In this document: positions 17,448-25,865 of the stretch, piece after piece | How positions within the stretch are numbered: the first letter of the stretch is position 1 | Layout of the letters: every line of letters starts with the position of its first letter | NCBI GenBank assembly: GCA_038231135.1 | Contig: JBBRLX010000037.1 | Location: 1 to 39,103 of the forward strand | Length of the DNA: 39,103 bases | Reading direction: 5' to 3' | Source: Candidatus Eiseniibacteriota bacterium | Lineage (GTDB): Bacteria > Eisenbacteria > RBG-16-71-46 | Program-made: the position numbers and the translations under genes | The notes under the pieces: model-generated | Told to the model about the DNA's origin: nothing | What the model saw: the letters and a program-made list of their open reading frames with translations, nothing else | Databases searched by the model: none

Positions 17448-17938
17448 CATCGCTGACTTCTTCGGGCGCTACGTCATCCTCCATACCGATGTCGTTTCGA
17501 ATTGTAGTCGCGACAGGAGCGCTCCTGACTCCCACTGAGCCCCGTTGGCCGCAAACGCCGACACCGTTTTTCCATGCGGAGTCGGATCGTTGGACATCTA
17601 GTCCGGTCAACCGACGTTTGTATGGTTTTGCGGCTCTGCCAAGTGACTGGGATTCATACGGAGCTAGCCCAATTCAACCATTGCCCATTCGCCTGGCGAC
17701 AGCCCTGTTGAGCGCCCTTGGTCCCATGACTCACGGTCTTTCGGCGCAACCCGTCCCCACGAGCGATGGTGGGGTGCAATTGGAGTGGCACGGGGCCAAT
17801 GGCGTGCTGGAGATCGAGATCGCGCCGGACGGGAGGTGCGGAGTCTTTGTGTCCGATCTGGATGGATCGTCGTCTCGTGAAGCCCTCCTTTCCGATGTCT
17901 TTCGTGAACTGCCGAAGTTGTTTGAGGGGATTTCATGA
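17444..17938 (+). CDS. Hypothetical protein (WDSYGA / PTSDGGVQLEW type)
   Basis: AAGGAGG RBS and GTGA overlap with the upstream stop. Conserved-looking core LPSDWDSYGASPI..PTSDGGVQLEW..EIEI. Confidence 0.75.
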   Translation: MTSLTSSGATSSSIPMSFRIVVATGALLTPTEPRWPQTPTPFFHAESDRWTSSPVNRRLYGFAALPSDWDSYGASPIQPLPIRLATALLSALGPMTHGLSAQPVPTSDGGVQLEWHGANGVLEIEIAPDGRCGVFVSDLDGSSSREALLSDVFRELPKLFEGIS

Positions 17939-18324
17939 CTGTGGCGAACTACACCCCTATCGAACCGGTCCTTGACCCAGACCAACTGAGACGCCGAGTT
18001 CCCGCAACTTGGTGGATAACCGAGCACGGCGGAGGTAGACGGCCAACTTCGCAGGCATTTTCGAATTCCAGCAATTCGAACCAAATGTCAGTGGATGTAG
18101 CGCGCATGTGCCCAAGCCTTGAACACAGCGTTCGCTCCTACCCGGGCTTTGGACTTGTCGAATTTGCCGCAGGATTTGCTAGAAAACAGTGCTCCCAAGA
18201 AGTGCTCCACTCACCCTCGCCTGAGAATGCGGCTCACGCTGATGTCGTCGGCGCAAAGACCAAGTCGATTCGTAATAGGATGGCGATGGGTTGTGTGACG
18301 GTTGTCGACCCAAATGCGTCTTAG
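17935..18324 (+). CDS. Small hypothetical protein, possible toxin or enzyme (R..AF..SVD..HA pattern)
   Basis: ATGA overlap with the upstream gene. RRRVP, SQAFS, MSVD and NAAHADV motifs. Confidence 0.7.
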   Translation: MTVANYTPIEPVLDPDQLRRRVPATWWITEHGGGRRPTSQAFSNSSNSNQMSVDVARMCPSLEHSVRSYPGFGLVEFAAGFARKQCSQEVLHSPSPENAAHADVVGAKTKSIRNRMAMGCVTVVDPNAS

Positions 18325-18396
18325 AAAGGCCGCGCGGCTGTCATCATCAGGACTCCTCTCCCGTAACTGGATCCCCTCTTCCGCGCTGAGGCAACG

Positions 18397-20019
18397 TTGA
18401 ATCACACCCCTCACGTCGCGTATTTCTGCATGGAGTTCGGGATGCACGAGTCGTTCCCGATCTACTCGGGCGGCCTCGGCATCCTCGCCGGCGACTACAT
18501 GAAGTCGGCGCACGATCTCAAACTGCCGGTCGTGGGCGTCGGGCTCAAGTGGGAGCGCGGCTACTGCGTGCAGCGCATCGGCTCCGACGGCCAGCCCTTC
18601 GAGGAGTACCCGGCCTACGACTCGCCGTGGCTCCGCGAGACGCGGGTGCGCGTGCGAGTGCGGGTGCGCGGGCAGGAGGTCCCGTGCACGGTGTGGTTCA
18701 CCGACCACTTCGGCAACGCCCCGCTCTACCTGATCGAGCCCTACCACCCGCGCGACCGCTGGATCACGCATCGGCTGTACGAGGCGGGCACCGACGTGCG
18801 GATCGCCCAGGAGATGCTGCTCGGCATCGGCGGGCTGCGCGCGCTCAACTGGCTCGGAATCCCGATCCACACCCATCATTTCAACGAGGGCCACGCGGTG
18901 TTCGCGGGCGTCGAATCGATCGCCGACCTGATGGAGGGCGGCATGCCGTTCGGCGAGGCGTGGGCGGAGACGCGCCGCCGGATCGTGTTCACCACGCACA
19001 CGCCGGTCACGGCCGGCAACGAGGAGCACTCGCTCGCCGATCTGCAGCGCATGGGCGCCATGCTGCAGTTGTCGACGAGCGAAATGGAGGCGATCGGCGG
19101 CAATCCGTTCAGCATGACGGTCGCGGGCCTCCGGCTGTCGCGGGCGGCGAACGCGGTGTCGAAGCTTCACGGTGAGACCGCGCGCGCGATGTGGGAGCAC
19201 GTGAGCGGGGCGGCGCCGATCGGATACGTCACGAACGGCGTCCACGTCCCCACCTGGCAGTCCGATCGCATCCGCGCCGCGACCGACGATTTCGCGCTGT
19301 GGAACGCGCACCTCCAGCACAAGCGCGATCTGCTCGACACGATCCGCGAGACTTCGCACGTGACGATCGACCCCAACTCGCTGGTGATCGGCTTCGCGCG
19401 GCGCGCGGCGGGGTACAAGCGCAGCGATCTCATCCTGCGCGACGAGACGCGGCTCCGGGAACTGCTCGAGCAGCATCACGTCACGATCCTGTTCTCGGGC
19501 AAGGCCCATCCGCAGGACCGCGTGGGCAAGGCGATCGTCGCGCGACTGGTGGAGGCGCAGCACGAGCATCCGGGCAACATCGTGTTCCTCGAGAACTACG
19601 ACATGAGCGTGGCGCGGCGCCTGGTGCGCGGCTGCGACGTGTGGCTCAACAACCCGGTGCGGCCGCTGGAGGCGAGCGGCACGTCGGGCATGAAGGCCGC
19701 GATGAACGGCGTGCTCAACCTGAGCATCCTCGACGGCTGGTGGCCCGAGGGCTGCGAGCACGGCGTCAACGGCTGGGCGATCGGCGACGCCACGGCGGGC
19801 GATGACGCGCGGGATCTCGAGTCGCTGTACAAGACGCTGCTGGGCGAGGTGATTCCGACGTGGCTCGATCGGGCGAAGTGGGTGCGGATGATGCGGGCGA
19901 GCATCCGCATGGGGACGGGGTTGTTCTCGTCGGATCGCATGGTGCGGGACTACTTCTCGCGGTTGTATCCGGAGGGGGAGGCGCGACGCGAAGAGGCGGC
20001 GGATGCGCTGAGCGTCTAG
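18397..20019 (+). CDS. glgP: Alpha-glucan (glycogen/maltodextrin) phosphorylase, compact form
   Basis: AYFCMEFG, YSGGLGILAGD, NEGH, FTTHTP, TNGVH and EASGTSGMKAAMNG (PLP Lys). TTG start after GAGG. Confidence 0.92.
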   Translation: MNHTPHVAYFCMEFGMHESFPIYSGGLGILAGDYMKSAHDLKLPVVGVGLKWERGYCVQRIGSDGQPFEEYPAYDSPWLRETRVRVRVRVRGQEVPCTVWFTDHFGNAPLYLIEPYHPRDRWITHRLYEAGTDVRIAQEMLLGIGGLRALNWLGIPIHTHHFNEGHAVFAGVESIADLMEGGMPFGEAWAETRRRIVFTTHTPVTAGNEEHSLADLQRMGAMLQLSTSEMEAIGGNPFSMTVAGLRLSRAANAVSKLHGETARAMWEHVSGAAPIGYVTNGVHVPTWQSDRIRAATDDFALWNAHLQHKRDLLDTIRETSHVTIDPNSLVIGFARRAAGYKRSDLILRDETRLRELLEQHHVTILFSGKAHPQDRVGKAIVARLVEAQHEHPGNIVFLENYDMSVARRLVRGCDVWLNNPVRPLEASGTSGMKAAMNGVLNLSILDGWWPEGCEHGVNGWAIGDATAGDDARDLESLYKTLLGEVIPTWLDRAKWVRMMRASIRMGTGLFSSDRMVRDYFSRLYPEGEARREEAADALSV

Positions 20020-20048
20020 TCTCGTCTCGTCTCATCTGCTTCTGAGCT

Positions 20049-20201
20049 GCGATGGCGTGCGGGATGAGATTCCTACGGCGGGGACGCTTCGGCCCCGCCA
20101 TCCTGGCGGGTCCTCGCTACTCGCGCAGCGCTCCGTGCATCCCTGCACTCCCGCGCTGCGCTCGGTCCCCGCCTGCGGAACCTCATCCCGCACGCCATCG
20201 C
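20049..20201. repeat. 153-bp palindromic intergenic element (REP/MITE-like or structured RNA)
   Basis: 37-bp terminal inverted repeats with 4 mismatches (20049-20085 / 20165-20201). They enclose hairpins CCGCCATCCTGGCGG (20095-20109) and GTGCATCCCTGCAC (20135-20148). Confidence 0.75.
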
Positions 20202-20382
20202 GGCACGTGGCCGGCATGACGGGGAACTGGACTCGCTTCTCCATCGCTGCGCTGTTCTTGTCTCTCGCGGGCAGCGCGCGGGCGGCGGGGCTCGCGGCGG
20301 AATCGCTCCCTGAGTACGACTGGTTCTCTTAGCGCTTTTCTTGTCTCTCGCCGTTGCCGGTACGCGTCGGCGGGACTCGCGA

Positions 20383-20883
20383 CTACTCCGTGGCGGGGGC
20401 TGGTTCCTCGGGGCGGACGGAAGTCAGGGCGAGGCGGGCTACGTATTCGTCGGGGAGGTGGTGGTGTTTCGCGCCGCGCAGGATCGCGTCCAGATAGCGG
20501 CGCGTCGGGGGCGAGGGGTTTTGGGGGCGGGCCACGTAGAGCGCGGCGCGGACGCGGCGCGGGAACGAGCCGTCGTCGGCGCGCGTCAACTCCACCACCA
20601 GCGTGTCGCGGTCGTACACGTTGTGCTGGTCGCCGGGACCGCGGAAGCCCTCCCAGCCGTCGAGCACCTTCTGGTCGGCGTCGTTCACTTCGTAGAGGAT
20701 GCCCCAGACCGACTGGCCATGAGTGTGCTGCACGCTGGCCACGCCGCCGCCCCAGTGCTGTGAGAACAGCGGAAACACCAGGCGATGGTCGCGGAGCTCG
20801 GCGAGACCGACGACGCGATGCGACGGGCAACGATCGGCCATCTGCACCGGGTCCAGATTGGACGCGAACGCGAAATACAGCAT
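20383..20883 (-). CDS. Gamma-glutamylcyclotransferase (AIG2-like) family protein
   Basis: MLYFAFASNL, GGGVAS, VWGILYEV and LDGWEG motifs. Confidence 0.82.
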   Translation of the reverse strand: MLYFAFASNLDPVQMADRCPSHRVVGLAELRDHRLVFPLFSQHWGGGVASVQHTHGQSVWGILYEVNDADQKVLDGWEGFRGPGDQHNVYDRDTLVVELTRADDGSFPRRVRAALYVARPQNPSPPTRRYLDAILRGAKHHHLPDEYVARLALTSVRPEEPAPATE

Positions 20884-21081
20884 CGATGCTCCGGATGGAA
20901 ACGTGTGGGCGTGGGGCTCGACAACGCAGCGGCCCACGCAGCATAGCATGGGGCTGGTTGTCCGAAGCCACGGCGCGTCGGTAAGATCGCCGCGCTCGTT
21001 CGATTCCTTCCGCGTCGCGCGCGGAGGGGTGCGCGGCGGACCCGCGGCGCGCCCTCCCCGCGACCCGCTCCGGAGACTCCC

Positions 21082-21810
21082 ATGCCGCTCGATTTCCTGG
21101 CTTTCGGGCCGCATCCCGATGATGCCGACATCGGTTGCGGCGGCCTGCTTCGCAAAATGAAGGCGCTGGGCTACTCCACCGGCGTCGTCGACATGACCAC
21201 CGGGGACATGGGCTGGGGGTCGCCCGAGATCCGGCTGGCCGAGAACGCCGAGGCCGCGCGCATCCTCAAGCTCGACGTGCGCGAGAACCTCGATCTCGGG
21301 GACTGCCGCATCGAGGACACGTTCGAGAACCGCTGCATCGTGGCGGGCGCGATTCGCAAACATCAGCCCAACATCGTGCTGTCGCCCTACTACAACCTGC
21401 CGATCGGGCGCGGGCTGGGGCACAACGACCATTACAAGACCGGGCAGATCGTCTCGAACGCGTTCAATCTCGCGCACCTGCGCAAGGCGCCGGTGCCGGG
21501 CGAGCCATTCCAGGCGCGGGCGTTGTTCTACTATTTCCTGCCGCCGGGCACGGTGCCGACGTTCATCGTCGACATCAGCGATCACTTCGACGACTGGGCG
21601 GGATCGCTCGACGCGCACCAGAGCCAGTTCTACAACCCGGGACGGCCGCGGCCCGCGAATTCGCCGCCGGTGCGCGAGTTGTTCGAGTCGTTCGCGCGGT
21701 ACTGGGGCTGGCAGATCGGCGTGAAGTACGGCCAGGCCTATCTGTCGACTTCGCCGCTCAACGTCCCGGATCCCATGGTGCTGGTGAAACACGTGATTCC
21801 GCGGCCGTGA
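21082..21810 (+). CDS. PIG-L family deacetylase, BshB1-like
   Basis: GPHPDD, CGG, EAARIL, HNDH, VDISD and AHQSQF motifs. GGAGA RBS. Confidence 0.85.
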   Translation: MPLDFLAFGPHPDDADIGCGGLLRKMKALGYSTGVVDMTTGDMGWGSPEIRLAENAEAARILKLDVRENLDLGDCRIEDTFENRCIVAGAIRKHQPNIVLSPYYNLPIGRGLGHNDHYKTGQIVSNAFNLAHLRKAPVPGEPFQARALFYYFLPPGTVPTFIVDISDHFDDWAGSLDAHQSQFYNPGRPRPANSPPVRELFESFARYWGWQIGVKYGQAYLSTSPLNVPDPMVLVKHVIPRP

Positions 21811-23597
21811 TCCGCACGTTGCGCGCAGCAGCCGTTGGCGTCGCGCTCACTGCCTGGGCCTGCGTCGGGGCTCCGGTCTGCGGCGCGGCTGCGCGCGCGG
21901 CGACCGCTACGGGCAACCGGCCCGCGCAGCCGACGCGTCACGGTGACGCGGCGTTCGTCAGGCTGGGCAACGAGTTCCTGGACCACATGCTGAGCACGCG
22001 CCCGCAGCTCGCCACGCGCCTCGGGATTCACACGTGGGACCGTGTCCTGATCCCCGTCACCCAGGTGTCGCTCGACACCGAGCGCGCGTGGTTCCAGGGG
22101 TTCCAGCAGCGGCTCGCGGCGGTGCCGCGGGCGTCGCTGACGTTCGAGCACGGCCTCGAGCGCGACCTGCTGGTGGCGCGGACCGACCGCGAGTTGCTCG
22201 ATCTCGACGTGATCCGACCGTGGGAGACGAATCCCAACTCGTACCTGGACCTGGTGGCGGGCAGCATCCAGTCGCTGCTGCAGCGCAACTTCGCATCGCC
22301 ATGCCGGCGGCTCGAGGCGGTGTCCGCGCGATTGCGCCAGGTGCCGGAGGTGCTGCGCGCCGCGCGCATCAACCTGTCCAACCCGCCGCGCATCGCGACC
22401 GAAGTGGCGATTGCTCAGTTCCCGGGCGTGCTGCGGCTGTACCGGGAGGAGGTGGCCGCGGTCGCGACCGGGTGCCGCGAGCCGCGCGTCGAGGCCGATC
22501 TGGCCGAGGCGGACACGCTCGCCGTGCGGGCGGTGACCGAGTTCATCGGCTATCTGCGCGACGATCTGCTGCCGCGCTCGACCGGCACGTTCGCGATCGG
22601 CCGCGACGCGTACCAGCGCAAGCTGCTCGACGACGAGATGGAATCGACGCCGGTCGACACGCTGCTCGCCCAGGGCTGGAAGTCACTCGAGGCCACGCGC
22701 GCGCGCATGGAACAGGTGACGGAGCGGATCGCGCCGGGCCGCAGCGTGGCCGCGGAACTCGACTCGCTCGCGGCCGACCACCCGGACGCCGGCCGGCTCG
22801 TGCCCTACGTCGCCGCGGACCTGGACACGATTCGCGCGTTCCTGCGCGCCCACAAGCTGATCACGATGCCCGTTCACGAAAACCTGCGGGTCCGCGAGAC
22901 GCCGGTGTTCCGCCGCAGCCTGACGTTCGCCTCGATGGAGGCGCCGGGCGTGTGGGAACGCCGCGCGAACGAGGCCTATTACAACATCACGCCCGCCGAT
23001 CCGTCGTGGACGCCGCAGCAGCAGAGCGACCACCTGGGGTTCTTCAACCGCTGGAACGCGCCGATCGTATCGGTGCACGAGGCGCTGCCGGGCCACTACT
23101 ACCAGGTCCTCGAGCTGCGCAGGATGACGTCGCGGCTGCGCCAGTTCCTGGGATCGGGCGCCAACACCGAGGGCTGGGCGCACTATTGCGAGCAGATGAT
23201 GGTCGAGCAGGGCTTCGGCGGCGGCGATCCGCGGGTCGAACTGGCCCAGCTCGATCTGGCGCTGCAGCGGCTGGGGCGGTTCGTGGTGGGGCTGTCGCTC
23301 CACACCCAGGGCATGACGTACGACGACGCGGTCAAGGTGTTCGAGGATCGCTGCTGGATGTCACCGGTCAACGCCGCGCGCGAGGCGCGCCGCGGCACGC
23401 TCGATCCGACCTACCTCGTGTACACGCTCGGAAAGTGGCGGATCCTCGAGTTGCGCGAGGAGTTGCGCCAGCGGATGGGCCAGCGCTTCGACCTGCGCCG
23501 GTTCCACGACGCATTCCTGAAGCAGGGAAATTCGGCGCTGCCAGTCGTCCGCGCCGCCCTGCTCCACGACCTGGATCTGAAGGACGCCCATCACTAG
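21807..23597 (+). CDS. DUF885-family secreted protein (putative metallopeptidase)
   Basis: Signal-peptide-like N-terminus, ATRLG, VHEALPGHY, EGWAHY, YTLGK and FHDAFL motifs. GTGA overlap with the upstream gene. Confidence 0.85.
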   Translation: MIRTLRAAAVGVALTAWACVGAPVCGAAARAATATGNRPAQPTRHGDAAFVRLGNEFLDHMLSTRPQLATRLGIHTWDRVLIPVTQVSLDTERAWFQGFQQRLAAVPRASLTFEHGLERDLLVARTDRELLDLDVIRPWETNPNSYLDLVAGSIQSLLQRNFASPCRRLEAVSARLRQVPEVLRAARINLSNPPRIATEVAIAQFPGVLRLYREEVAAVATGCREPRVEADLAEADTLAVRAVTEFIGYLRDDLLPRSTGTFAIGRDAYQRKLLDDEMESTPVDTLLAQGWKSLEATRARMEQVTERIAPGRSVAAELDSLAADHPDAGRLVPYVAADLDTIRAFLRAHKLITMPVHENLRVRETPVFRRSLTFASMEAPGVWERRANEAYYNITPADPSWTPQQQSDHLGFFNRWNAPIVSVHEALPGHYYQVLELRRMTSRLRQFLGSGANTEGWAHYCEQMMVEQGFGGGDPRVELAQLDLALQRLGRFVVGLSLHTQGMTYDDAVKVFEDRCWMSPVNAAREARRGTLDPTYLVYTLGKWRILELREELRQRMGQRFDLRRFHDAFLKQGNSALPVVRAALLHDLDLKDAHH

Positions 23598-23691
23598 GTT
23601 GCTGGCGGTCGCGTAGCGCTTGACAATTACGTGACGTGGGTGCGTCCATCGCCCGAAAACTCCCCCGAAAACCGCGTTCGCAACTGGATGG

Positions 23692-23720
23692 TTGCACGGC
23701 TAACCGAAAGATCCTAAAGT
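23692..23720 (+). promoter_or_regulatory. Putative sigma70-type promoter
   Basis: TTGCAC-N17-TAAAGT about 60 nt upstream of ATG 23783. Confidence 0.35.
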
Positions 23721-23782
23721 ACATATGCTATCCGGCCGATCCAGGGAAGGTACGGCTGCTCAACACCACGTCGGGAGGTTTC

Positions 23783-24703
23783 ATGAAGTTTTGCACCCGG
23801 CGGTGGGGACTGCTGTCCCTCATCGCCCTGTCGGTCCTGCCGGCCACGATGGCCAGCGCCGCGACAACGACCCGTTCGTCCGGCACCCACGTACACTCCA
23901 CCCGTGCGCACCACCGGCTCGCCGTCGGGCGCCGCCGGGGACGCCGCGGCCCTCCGGGTGGCGTCGTGTACGCCCGCAGCGCCGTCGTGTTCGATCCGGT
24001 GACGAACCAGGTGCTGTTCGAGAAGAACGCCGGCGCCTCGGCGCCCATCGCCAGCCTCACCAAGCTGATGACCGCCATGGTGTTCCTCGATCAGAAGCCC
24101 GATCTGTCCCGGGAGGTCGAAGTCACCCGCGCGGAACTCGACGGCGGGGGCCGCACCCAGCTCCGTAATCACGAGGAGCTGTCGCTGGTCGACCTGATGC
24201 ACATGAGCCTGATGTGCTCCGACAACGTCGCCACCCGCGTGCTGGCGCGTGAGTCGGGCCTCAGCGGCGTCGAATTCCTGGCCCAGATGAACCGCCATGC
24301 GGCCGAGCTGGGCCTCACCGACACGCGGTTCGTGGAGTTCACCGGTTTGGACGAGCGCAACGTCTCGACGGCGACCGACGTGGCCCGCATGCTCCGCGCG
24401 GCGGCCGATCAGGAGATGATCCGGTCGATCACCACGACGCGGTCCTACGACTTCCGCACCGGCCGGCGCGCGCACCACATCGTAAACACCGACCGGCTGC
24501 TCTACAGCCGCTACCAGATCCTCGGCGGCAAGACCGGCTTCATCAACGAGGCCGGCTACTGCCTGGCCACGTGGGTGCGCTCCGAAGGACGCGACCTGAT
24601 CGCCGTCGTGCTCGGCGCTCCGACCAACGCCACCCGGTTCGCCGACGTGGTCCGCCTGCTGCAGAAGACCACCAAGCCGGCGTTCGCCAACACGCAACAA
24701 TGA
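23783..24703 (+). CDS. Peptidase S11 D-alanyl-D-alanine endo/carboxypeptidase (PBP7-like)
   Basis: SxxK (IASLTKLMT), SDN and KTG motifs. Signal peptide, GGAGG RBS. Confidence 0.9.
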   Translation: MKFCTRRWGLLSLIALSVLPATMASAATTTRSSGTHVHSTRAHHRLAVGRRRGRRGPPGGVVYARSAVVFDPVTNQVLFEKNAGASAPIASLTKLMTAMVFLDQKPDLSREVEVTRAELDGGGRTQLRNHEELSLVDLMHMSLMCSDNVATRVLARESGLSGVEFLAQMNRHAAELGLTDTRFVEFTGLDERNVSTATDVARMLRAAADQEMIRSITTTRSYDFRTGRRAHHIVNTDRLLYSRYQILGGKTGFINEAGYCLATWVRSEGRDLIAVVLGAPTNATRFADVVRLLQKTTKPAFANTQQ

Positions 24704-25536
24704 ACGGACGCAGTACACCCGTCGCCGCCATGACCGACACGCCCGCGAGGCCCCATCACCTCGCGGGCGTTTTCGCTGGGCTGATCGCGGGCGTCGCGGG
24801 CGGACTGTTCGGCGTCGGCGGCGGGCTGGTGCTGGTGCCGATCCTCACCAGCCGGCGGTTCGGGCTCACCCAGCACCAGGCCCACGGCACGTCGCTGGCG
24901 GCGATCGGCGCCACCGCACTGGTGTCCGTCATCGTCTACGCGCTGCACCACAACGTCGCGTGGACCACGGCGGCCGTGGTCGCGCTGTCGAGCGTGGTCG
25001 CGGCCCGCTGGGGCGCGCGGCTCGCCCTGCGTATTTCGTCCTACCGGCTGGCGCAGGCGTTCGCGGCGTTCCTCGGGGTCGTCGCGATCCGGCTGCTGTG
25101 GAGCACGCCGCATTCGGCCGGGCTCGCGGCCAGCGTCACCGGCGTGGGCGCCATTGGCCTGGACCTGGCGATCGGCGTCCTGGTCGGGCTGCTCGCGGGA
25201 TTCATGGGCGTGGGTGGCGGCATCATCGCGGTGCCGGCGTTCACGCTGCTGCTGGGGATGACCCAGCAACTCGCCCAGGGCACGTCGCTGGCGGTGATCC
25301 TCGTCACCGCCCCGTTCGGCGCCATGGAGCACCATCGGCATGGCAACGTGGTGATGCCCATCGTCCCCGCGCTCGCGATCGGCGCCGCGCTCGGCAGCCC
25401 GCTCGCCGCCCAGTGGGTCCAGCATCTGCCGCAGCTCGCGCTCACGCGCGCGTTCGCGGTGTTCATCCTGGTCAATGCCGTGAATCTCTGGATCCGGGCC
25501 GAGCAGCGTCACCGCGCCCAGACCGCCCGCCCCTGA
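24700..25536 (+). CDS. Sulfite exporter TauE/SafE family membrane protein
   Basis: Duplicated GLFGVGGG / GFMGVGGG and AHGTSL / AQGTSL motifs, many TM helices. ATGA overlap (alternative start 24730). Confidence 0.9.
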   Translation: MNGRSTPVAAMTDTPARPHHLAGVFAGLIAGVAGGLFGVGGGLVLVPILTSRRFGLTQHQAHGTSLAAIGATALVSVIVYALHHNVAWTTAAVVALSSVVAARWGARLALRISSYRLAQAFAAFLGVVAIRLLWSTPHSAGLAASVTGVGAIGLDLAIGVLVGLLAGFMGVGGGIIAVPAFTLLLGMTQQLAQGTSLAVILVTAPFGAMEHHRHGNVVMPIVPALAIGAALGSPLAAQWVQHLPQLALTRAFAVFILVNAVNLWIRAEQRHRAQTARP

Positions 25537-25734
25537 GCCGTGGCCCCGCCCGGGGCGGCCACGGGGATTTCGCCCGCCGACTTGTGAATTATGCAACGCC
25601 TCCGGTGGGCGAATTGCGTCTAAACAGGTGTCGTGCTTTTCACGCAGTCGAGGAGCGCGTTCACCCAAGCCTCTCAGGGGTTCCCCACCCCGTTTTCCTC
25701 GTAGTACGACCGTGCATTTTTTCAACCGTAGGTA

Positions 25735-25800
25735 AATCAACGACTTGCGGGGATAGCCCGCGGCCTGTCTGCCGGCCTGCGTCACGGCCGGGGGATTGCA
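25735..25800 (+). promoter_or_regulatory. IHF site plus putative sigma54 promoter upstream of the Lon-like gene
   Basis: AATCAACGACTTG (25735-25747) matches WATCAANNNNTTR, with a T-tract upstream. CGGCCGGGGGATTGCA (25785-25800) has GG-N10-GC spacing with TTGCA. Confidence 0.55.
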
Positions 25801-25865
25801 TTGGAAGATACCGTGACGCCGTGAATTCCGCGCCTCACTCTGCTGACGGCCAACGGGGGATCACG

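Noticed and set aside
16551..18341. 9-bp inverted repeat (ACAGCCGCG / CGCGGCTGT) flanking the three-gene cassette as mobile-element ends
   Set aside because: Short and GC-rich, the left copy lies inside the upstream CDS, and there is no target duplication. Could be chance.
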